Positions 57,071 to 64,000 of a stretch of DNA of 64,000 bases are shown one piece after another (the first letter of the stretch is position 1; each line of letters opens with the position of its first letter). The position numbers and the translations under genes were made by a program. This stretch comes from an uncultured virus (IMG/VR IMGVR_UViG_3300009130_000017) (Duplodnaviria; Heunggongvirae; Uroviricota; Caudoviricetes): positions 1 to 64,000 of IMG/VR virus record IMGVR_UViG_3300009130_000017; one strand, written 5' to 3'. The notes under the pieces were generated by a model that did not search any database, had not been told where the DNA came from, and saw only the letters and a program-made list of their open reading frames with translations.

Positions 57071-60000
57071 ATGGCAGGCGATTCAAAAGAAGCTGCAGAC
57101 CAATTAGGCATACAGCAACAGATTAACAAAGTTCTGTCTGAGCGTGCCGCAATGCTTGATTCTCAGGCGAAGCAATTGTCTGGTCAAGTGCAGCTTGCTG
57201 CTGAATTATGTAAAGCATTAGAATGTAAAGATCTCGACCAGGTTGCTTCTAGACTTGAAGAAATAAACGCTGGTCTGCAAGATGCCGCTAGCAATGCGAC
57301 TGATTTCTCCAACGCTGGTGGAGAGATTCAAGATAGCATGGATCAAGCTGGTGAAGGTGCCCAAGGTGCAATGGGCAAAGTAAGCGAATTCGTAAAAGAG
57401 CTTGGTGCCTCAAAAGCCGCAGCCGCCGGAGCCGCCGTAGGAATTGGTAAGGGTATGAAGAGCGCCGGCGCCTCTATACAGATGGCTGCTGCTAGCGCAA
57501 TTCAGATGGCCAAGAATTTGGCTGCTGTTGGTAAGTCCATTATATCAATGCCGTTTAAGATGCTTGGTGGCTTAACTGAGATGGCTACAGCTGGTGGCGG
57601 AGGCGTGAGTGCCCTAAAGCAAGAAATGGAGAAAGTTCGCGGGGAATTTGGTGACCTCGCAACAGGAGAAGGTAAAGCGGTCATCGATGGCTTTAACGAC
57701 CTTACTTCTGCTAGCGGTGCTCTGGCTCAAAGTGGCCTCAATGTTTCTCAAGTGTTTGGGCGAGGTTCAGCGGGAGCAGCAGCGGCATTAGCAGCAGTGT
57801 CCGAGATCGCGCAAGAAGCCGGTAGTTCCTTCCACATGCTAAGTGAGTCCATAGCCGAGAATGCCGGCCAGATGGTCATGTTGAATAAGGGCCTTGGTAT
57901 GTCCAATGCTGCGCTGGTCGAGATGACCAGACAGGCTCAGAACTCTGGTCAAGATGTCGGTGAGATGTTAACGGCTACTGCTTCTATGGCGATCCAAATG
58001 GGTGACAAGTTTGGAATCTCTGCGAAGACCATGGGTAAGAACATGGCGTCCCTTACAGAGAACTTCGAAAAGCTTGGTAAGATGAGTACCAAACAGCTTG
58101 GTGCAACAGCAGCATACATGGCTAAATTAGGTCTTGAAGCAACAGACTTGCTTGGTGTTGTTGATAAATTTGATAACTTTGAGGGTGCAGCTGAATCGGT
58201 ATCTATGTTGAATCAATCAATGGGAATGCAGCTTGATACGATGGAAATGATGAATGCTGAAAATCCAGCTGAGCGGATCGATATGATGCGTGACGCATTC
58301 CATGAGACCGGAAAATCAGTTGATGATTTAACACGACAAGAAAAAGCGCTGATGGCTGAGCAAATGGGTCTTTCCGTTACAGCAATGGAAAATGCACTAG
58401 CAGCTGAGAATCAAGGCGTTTCTTATGAAGACCTGGAAGCCGGCGCAGAGGAAGCTGAAGACCAAGCTCTCACTCAAGAAGAAGCGATGTCAAAGCTAGC
58501 TGATTCTATTGAGAAGATGACAGAGGGTGGAGGATCAGGCGTTCAGGGATTCTTTGACGCATTTTCTAAGGGCTTTATGAAGGGGCTTAAGGACTCAAAG
58601 GCATTTCAAGATGTTCTAAAAGCTATTCGTAAAGCGTTGAAGATTGTTTTCCAGTTTGGTAAGCAAGTTGGTAAAATGTTTGCTGATCTTATGGGCGACA
58701 TGGGTGTATGGGACGGTATCAAAGACTTGTTCGACCCCAAGGACCTTCGTAATTTAATGGGGATCGATGAGAAGGGCGGCCTAACCGGAACAGGATTATT
58801 AGGCATTTTTAAGAAATTCAAAGATGCGCTATCTGGAAAAGGGAACTACAGCCCGCAGCGAATGGCTGAAGATATGGGGAAAGAGTTCTCGAAGTTCTTC
58901 AGCGCAAAAGGGCCGGCATTTGCCAAGCTAAAAGATGCATTCGCAAAAGGTATTCAAATGATTGGTGCAATGATCGCCGGATTTATACCATTTGTAATTG
59001 GCAAGATGGTCGAAATGATCAATGGAATGGCTGATGCTCTTAGAAATCCATCCGGTCTGGGGGATGCAGCTTCATCGGGAATTGGAGGCGCGATAATAGG
59101 TGCACTCCAATCGATTGGTGATGCTTTGATGGCTGCTCTTCCATCGTTGATCGGCGCGCTACTTAATCTTCTTTCAGCTGCTGCTATGAACCCAACTGTT
59201 TGGAAGGTCGCTGGAGCTTACTTTGGTTTCATGATTATGAAATCGTTGTTGGTAGGTGCAATCATGGCAGCCAAAGCAGCACTATTCCAGGTTGTCGTTG
59301 CGAAGATAGCTGGCTTAATGACTGGTGCGACTGATAAAGCAGCTGCAAAAGCTGAGAAGGGTGGAAAGAGTGGAGGGAAGATGGGCAAGTCCTTCAAGAA
59401 GGGAATGTCCAATATGGCTGATGGCTTAAAGTCATTTGTAAAAAGAATAGCAGATATTAAGCCTGGCGATATCGTAAAAGCGATGATTAACATGACGCTA
59501 ATGGCTCTTTCGTTTCTTCCGGCCATGGCAATATTTGCTCTTGGGTTAGTGATGGTCGCCGCCATTCTATCGATGATTAAATTCACCACACTTATTAAGG
59601 GTCTTGTTGGAATTGCTTTAGGCGCGTTAGCAGTACAGATTGTTGTTAGTGCAGCTATGCTAATTCAGCCTGGGATGGTTGTGCCTGCATTGATTGGTTT
59701 ACTCGCAGGTGCCCTCTTGCTTGTGGTTGGTGGTACAGTCTTTACTTTAGCTATGGGAGTGATTGGCACGGTCGTAGGGGCCGTTGGAGTTGGTACAATC
59801 ATGATGGCCGCTGTTGGTCTGGCGGCGATGGCTATCGGTGCGATCGCTGTTGCGTATGCCATCATTCCATTTTCAATCCTTGGCCTCCTTTACCCACTTG
59901 CGATTCTCGCTGCGATTGGACTTGTGGCCGGTGCTTATATGCTGGCAGCTGGTGGTGTCGCATTTACAGAAGCAGTGGGGGAGATCGGTAATGCTGTTAA

Positions 60001-62650
60001 GGGCGTCGGTCTTGGAACGATGGCCATGGCTGCTGTTGGTCTTGCTGTTCTTGCAATAGGCGCTATTGCTGCTGCCGCCGCCGCATACGCATTCGCCCTT
60101 GGGCTTCCATTCTTTGGCCCCGGTATCGGTGGAGCCATTTTAGGTAGTATATTCTTGCTGGTTGGCGGTACCGCGTTTATGATATCAGTGGCATTCTTTA
60201 GCGAAATTATTAAAGGTATAAAGTTTGGACCCCTAATCGTCGCGATGCTTGCGTTAGTCATTCTTACAGCTGCAGCTGTTGGGGTTGCCATGTTGATGAC
60301 CTACGGCATCGGGGCCTTTGCTACGGGTATTGCTGGTGCTATTATAGGCTCCATTTTCATGTACTTCATGGCGACCATGTTTTTACCAAAGCTAAAAGAA
60401 GCCGCAGCTGTATTCCCTGAAGATATGGTAGGTATGGCGATGAATATGCTGCAGCTTGCTATTATGTTACTTCCGACCATCGGCAGCGCGTGGCTTATGG
60501 GAGCTGGTATTCAGGCGTTTATTTTGGGATCGATTGGAGCGGTAACGGCAACGATTTTCTTCGAATTATTGGCTACATTGGCTTTACCAGCTATAAAGAA
60601 AGCTGCTGCTGAATTTCCTGAAGACATGGTAAAGGCGGCAATTGACATGGGGCTTCTTGCTATCATGCTTGGCTTCGCTGCTTTGGCTGGTTTAGCTTTC
60701 TCATACGGCGCAATACCGATGTTAATAGGATCCCTCGGTGCCATCACATCAGTGGCATTCTTCAATGCTCTATCCAAGTTCTTTATACCAGCATTTAATA
60801 AATTCATGGGGAAAGTGGATACTAACACAATTCTCGAAGGTGCAAAAGTTATGGCTGCGCTTGCAGTTGTAATGGTCGCCGCGGCCCTAATGGCTGTGCT
60901 ATCATTGGTGATGATAATCTTTGCGAACCCAATTGTTCTTTGGCTTGCTGGAAAAGGACTAAAGGGAACAGCAAAATTCCTCGATGCCCTAGTCGAGCAC
61001 TTAGGTCCAGCAGTAGAGGCTCTTGCAAAAATGAAGGTCGGGGATCCAAGTAAGCTAAAAGATCTTGTTCAAGCCATCGGCATGATTCTTCAAGCACTTG
61101 GTGAAAATGTTGATGTTGTTGTGAAAGTCGCAATGATCCAGGGATTCTCAAATATGTCTGGTAGCGAACAAAATATTCTAGCAGATGCTCAGAAGTTTAT
61201 GGAAGCAATGTTCAAGGGGATGACAGGACTGTTAAACACTCTTAAGGCAATGGTTGCCAGTATGAAGCCGGAAGACATCGAGAAGATGGAGGCCATAGGT
61301 GGTCTCTTGGCAGCAATCGGAACGTTAATGACAGCTTTACAACCCCCTCCAGCGTTAATGGACGCGATTGCTGATATGTCGAAAGGAGGCTTCTTTAAGA
61401 AAGCAAATCCGAAGGGTGCCGCCAAGGTGATGAAACAATACGGCGAGACTATGAAAATGATCCTTGGGTCTGTTAAAGACAATATTCCTCCGATGATTAA
61501 AGAGATTCTTACGATTGATATTGGTGAAGATCCTAAGCTTGCTGAAGCGAAGGCGAAGGTAGTTGGTGCCGCAATGACGGGTGCTGGTAAGCTTGTGGAA
61601 GCTATCGGCGGAATCGCGCAACTATTTATGGAACAGAATCAGAGCGAAAACAGTGGTTTCTTCAGGACGGAAGGACCATCGATGGCAGACACGCTGTCAT
61701 CAATGAAGCCTGTATTTGATTATATCTTTAAGTCAATTAAGGGCAATCTGCCTTCTATCGTGACAGCAGTTATAGAAGCTGTCCCAGAGGGTATCGATGC
61801 AAAGGCAGCAGAGGCGAAGATCGGAATTGTGGGTGGCGCAATGGAGGCGGTTGCAAACTTCGCTGAAGCTATTGGGGTCGTTGCAAACTTAATGCCACCA
61901 GAGGGCGGAAGCTTCTTTAAGAAGGGAAAGACCATGAGCGAGCGTCTAAATGAGATGATGCAAATCGTTAGAAAAGTAGTTAACGCTGTCAAGGCACACA
62001 TTGGTCCATTGGTCAAATCAGTATTAGATATCCCGATTGAAGGCGATCCAAAAGCACAGCTTGCGAAATTGGAAGTCATTGGAAAGGCTATGGCCATTGT
62101 CGGGGACTTTGCAAATGTCGTAGGGCAATTACAGGAAATGGGGACAGAGTCGATAATCGGCCTTTCAGGTACCATTGCATTAATTGTAAAAGAGATTGTA
62201 GATTCGCTAACATTTAACAGTAGTACATACACAATGGGCGATCTATTCGTCGCATTAGCAGAGTTCAATTATCCCGCATCAGATCTAGATAAAATGGACA
62301 CAGCTCTCTGCGCCATGAACAAGATGACCGAATTCGCGTCAGCAGCCTCAAATATGCAATCAGTGGCAACCGCATTTGCTGAGGGCGGCGGACTCGGAGA
62401 GGCAGTTAATCTTATGGTACAAGAAGTGAACGCAGCGCTACTGGCCCTTAACAGCTTAGAGGCCGTCGATGCCAATGTTGCGTTAGAGAATTTTGCTGGT
62501 GCGATTGGATCGGGTGGAGGAGAATTTACGATTACGAATGAGCCAGTCAATATTACGATCAATATGAATGTTACGATGGATGCTAATAAGGTTGGTAAAG
62601 TTCTTGTTGATAAATCTGTGATGACATCACCATTGGCGCAGGCTGAATAG
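57071..62650 (+). CDS. Tape measure protein (1859 aa) with a long multi-helix hydrophobic region
   Basis: Ala/Gly/Met-rich and helical; ~600 aa of repeated hydrophobic segments; canonical position after tube and chaperone. Confidence 0.85.
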   Translation: MAGDSKEAADQLGIQQQINKVLSERAAMLDSQAKQLSGQVQLAAELCKALECKDLDQVASRLEEINAGLQDAASNATDFSNAGGEIQDSMDQAGEGAQGAMGKVSEFVKELGASKAAAAGAAVGIGKGMKSAGASIQMAAASAIQMAKNLAAVGKSIISMPFKMLGGLTEMATAGGGGVSALKQEMEKVRGEFGDLATGEGKAVIDGFNDLTSASGALAQSGLNVSQVFGRGSAGAAAALAAVSEIAQEAGSSFHMLSESIAENAGQMVMLNKGLGMSNAALVEMTRQAQNSGQDVGEMLTATASMAIQMGDKFGISAKTMGKNMASLTENFEKLGKMSTKQLGATAAYMAKLGLEATDLLGVVDKFDNFEGAAESVSMLNQSMGMQLDTMEMMNAENPAERIDMMRDAFHETGKSVDDLTRQEKALMAEQMGLSVTAMENALAAENQGVSYEDLEAGAEEAEDQALTQEEAMSKLADSIEKMTEGGGSGVQGFFDAFSKGFMKGLKDSKAFQDVLKAIRKALKIVFQFGKQVGKMFADLMGDMGVWDGIKDLFDPKDLRNLMGIDEKGGLTGTGLLGIFKKFKDALSGKGNYSPQRMAEDMGKEFSKFFSAKGPAFAKLKDAFAKGIQMIGAMIAGFIPFVIGKMVEMINGMADALRNPSGLGDAASSGIGGAIIGALQSIGDALMAALPSLIGALLNLLSAAAMNPTVWKVAGAYFGFMIMKSLLVGAIMAAKAALFQVVVAKIAGLMTGATDKAAAKAEKGGKSGGKMGKSFKKGMSNMADGLKSFVKRIADIKPGDIVKAMINMTLMALSFLPAMAIFALGLVMVAAILSMIKFTTLIKGLVGIALGALAVQIVVSAAMLIQPGMVVPALIGLLAGALLLVVGGTVFTLAMGVIGTVVGAVGVGTIMMAAVGLAAMAIGAIAVAYAIIPFSILGLLYPLAILAAIGLVAGAYMLAAGGVAFTEAVGEIGNAVKGVGLGTMAMAAVGLAVLAIGAIAAAAAAYAFALGLPFFGPGIGGAILGSIFLLVGGTAFMISVAFFSEIIKGIKFGPLIVAMLALVILTAAAVGVAMLMTYGIGAFATGIAGAIIGSIFMYFMATMFLPKLKEAAAVFPEDMVGMAMNMLQLAIMLLPTIGSAWLMGAGIQAFILGSIGAVTATIFFELLATLALPAIKKAAAEFPEDMVKAAIDMGLLAIMLGFAALAGLAFSYGAIPMLIGSLGAITSVAFFNALSKFFIPAFNKFMGKVDTNTILEGAKVMAALAVVMVAAALMAVLSLVMIIFANPIVLWLAGKGLKGTAKFLDALVEHLGPAVEALAKMKVGDPSKLKDLVQAIGMILQALGENVDVVVKVAMIQGFSNMSGSEQNILADAQKFMEAMFKGMTGLLNTLKAMVASMKPEDIEKMEAIGGLLAAIGTLMTALQPPPALMDAIADMSKGGFFKKANPKGAAKVMKQYGETMKMILGSVKDNIPPMIKEILTIDIGEDPKLAEAKAKVVGAAMTGAGKLVEAIGGIAQLFMEQNQSENSGFFRTEGPSMADTLSSMKPVFDYIFKSIKGNLPSIVTAVIEAVPEGIDAKAAEAKIGIVGGAMEAVANFAEAIGVVANLMPPEGGSFFKKGKTMSERLNEMMQIVRKVVNAVKAHIGPLVKSVLDIPIEGDPKAQLAKLEVIGKAMAIVGDFANVVGQLQEMGTESIIGLSGTIALIVKEIVDSLTFNSSTYTMGDLFVALAEFNYPASDLDKMDTALCAMNKMTEFASAASNMQSVATAFAEGGGLGEAVNLMVQEVNAALLALNSLEAVDANVALENFAGAIGSGGGEFTITNEPVNITINMNVTMDANKVGKVLVDKSVMTSPLAQAE

Positions 62651-62658
62651 GAGTTAAG

Positions 62659-62898
62659 ATGAGCGATGAGAAAAAAAATGAAGAAGAGACTATAAAAGAA
62701 TTAGGGGTCTCTGAAGATATCTTCGATGAACATACTCAAGAAGAGATGGATGAAGCGAACCAAAGGGTTCTTGAGTTTTGGAAGATCGCTTTGTCACCTG
62801 AGATAGAAGCATTAGAGGCAGACCTTCATAAACTATCAAAAGATTCTTCATTTATGAGTAAATTTGTCGCTAAAATAGTTAAAGAAGATGGAAGGTAG
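62659..62898 (+). CDS. Small acidic hypothetical protein (79 aa)
   Basis: AGGAG SD directly after the tape measure stop. Confidence 0.65.
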   Translation: MSDEKKNEEETIKELGVSEDIFDEHTQEEMDEANQRVLEFWKIALSPEIEALEADLHKLSKDSSFMSKFVAKIVKEDGR

Positions 62899-62905
62899 TT
62901 TTTAG

Positions 62906-64000
62906 ATGAGTATTGATGGTATAAACGGTGAAACTTATACACCGGAGGGAACCGGGACAGATGGCCAAACCAAGATTGGCGATGATCTGACTACAGAAGC
63001 ACGTGAGACCCTTGCAGCATACCTTAGCAATCTAACAACAGACCCCCAAAATCGGAACGCTTTTCCCGTAGACCCCGCTGATCCAGTAAATGAATTTTCT
63101 CTTCGACAAGCAAATGGGCTACCGTCAGAATTTGCAACTGGAGGGAACGATGGTACCGAAGGCTTTACAGACACAATGCCAGAAGGAACGAATTCTTCTG
63201 CGGCTGCTGTGGGCGAGTTCGATACGCTGAGTAATTCTGGTAGATTTCTTCCAGGTATAAATGATTGGTTGGATAAAAACTCTCAAGAAGATGGTCATGA
63301 TCTTCTACGAGATGTGAGTTCAACGTATGAAAATGATGAGCCCGGTGTCGGTGATTCGACAGGTAGGGCTTCATTTCCCAATCCGTCTGGCGCAACTCCG
63401 ATGCAGGCAAAAATTTCTCAAGTTTTATCGAACAATAATAGATTCGATCCAATGCCTACAAGCTCTCCGTATATAAGAGGTAATGAATTTACAGATGCAG
63501 GTATTCCTGTTGAGCAAGGTGCATTTGGTGTTTACAACAAAAATGCTGATAGGACCAGTATTAAAGATATGCAGAAGATCGCATACTCTGCTCTGATGAG
63601 GCAGACTGGACACAATATGGGTACGAGTCAATCTCCTACCAGCGCCGGCGCCCAGGCAGCTGCGTTGTTACCAAATGGTGTACAGATTGGCAGGAAAAAA
63701 GTCAACACATGGAAGTTGAGGCCAGTATCTGCTTATCATGCTCCAGACCGACCTCATCTTGTAGATGGTCATTTAGAATATAGCGATATAGATGGTTCAC
63801 CTCTTTCTTCCCAAAAGAGCTTTGGTGTTTTGAACAATCCTTATGAACCATTTGCTTCTTTTCGTCCAGGCGCAGCGTTGGCACAAATGACAACAGCCGC
63901 CACAGCATTTGCTGAGATTGTCGCCGCTGGTACAATATTCGCTGCCATAATGACAATAATCCAAACAGCTGCGGCAACCACATCAATTGAGAAAAAGCCA
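62906..64000 (+). CDS. 3'-truncated ORF (>365 aa), probable baseplate hub/tail initiator region protein; absent from the supplied ORF track
   Basis: Hand translation from ATG 62906 (MSIDGINGETYTPEGTGTDG...) stays open to the window end. AAGGT SD-like sequence and ATAGTTA at 62875. Function inferred from synteny only. Confidence 0.7.
   Translation, partial: MSIDGINGETYTPEGTGTDGQTKIGDDLTTEARETLAAYLSNLTTDPQNRNAFPVDPADPVNEFSLRQANGLPSEFATGGNDGTEGFTDTMPEGTNSSAAAVGEFDTLSNSGRFLPGINDWLDKNSQEDGHDLLRDVSSTYENDEPGVGDSTGRASFPNPSGATPMQAKISQVLSNNNRFDPMPTSSPYIRGNEFTDAGIPVEQGAFGVYNKNADRTSIKDMQKIAYSALMRQTGHNMGTSQSPTSAGAQAAALLPNGVQIGRKKVNTWKLRPVSAYHAPDRPHLVDGHLEYSDIDGSPLSSQKSFGVLNNPYEPFASFRPGAALAQMTTAATAFAEIVAAGTIFAAIMTIIQTAAATTSIEKKP

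Noticed and set aside
48541..62650. Extracellular contractile injection system or tailocin (suggested by the twin sheaths)
   Set aside because: Terminase, portal, protease, scaffold and major capsid genes are all adjacent, so this is a phage virion module.
237..63986. Numerous minus-strand and nested short ORFs in the track
   Set aside because: They lie antisense to or inside long + strand genes with clear motifs, as expected for shadows of biased codon use. None has a recognisable motif.
1..64000. Alternative genetic code (stop-codon reassignment, seen in some large phages)
   Set aside because: Code-11 ORFs tile the + strand almost without gaps, and TAA, TAG and TGA all end genes at sensible C-termini.
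1..64000. tRNA or rRNA genes
   Set aside because: Intergenic gaps are short (all under about 190 nt), and none shows a cloverleaf with T-arm and acceptor stem.
1..64000. Host assignment
   Set aside because: Regular AGGAG/GAGGTG SD use argues weakly against Bacteroidota, but nothing in the window identifies the host.

Overview
A gene-dense 64 kb segment, coded entirely on the + strand, of a large contractile-tailed dsDNA bacteriophage with T4-like (gp23-type) head and tail genes. It uses the standard genetic code. Gene order: fibre/baseplate-periphery genes (1-27970); an embedded RuvC-like resolvase, TOPRIM primase and single-chain Mre11-Rad50 fusion (27970-32647); large terminase, portal, prohead protease, small head proteins, scaffold and major capsid protein (33252-44190); neck and tail terminator, two tandem >1000-aa tail sheaths, tail tube, tail-assembly chaperone and a 1859-aa tape measure protein (45276-62650); then an ORF that runs off the window. 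I saw no tRNA, CRISPR array, integrase or transposase. Main signals not explained by the gene list: (1) a [S/T]-G-S tripeptide strongly enriched in outward-facing virion proteins and nearly absent from internal and enzymatic ones (candidate modification sequon); (2) a U7 slippery site linking the gp26-like chaperone to a start-less gp51-like ORF in the +1 frame; (3) a recurrent ATANTTA late-promoter-like motif, plus a second TTTAnn-N16-TATAAT-like promoter class; (4) an SD-occluding hairpin with the late motif in its loop; (5) a GC-rich, pseudoknot-capable, GGA-rich leader after the capsid gene. All family assignments come from motifs and synteny read by eye, not from database searches.
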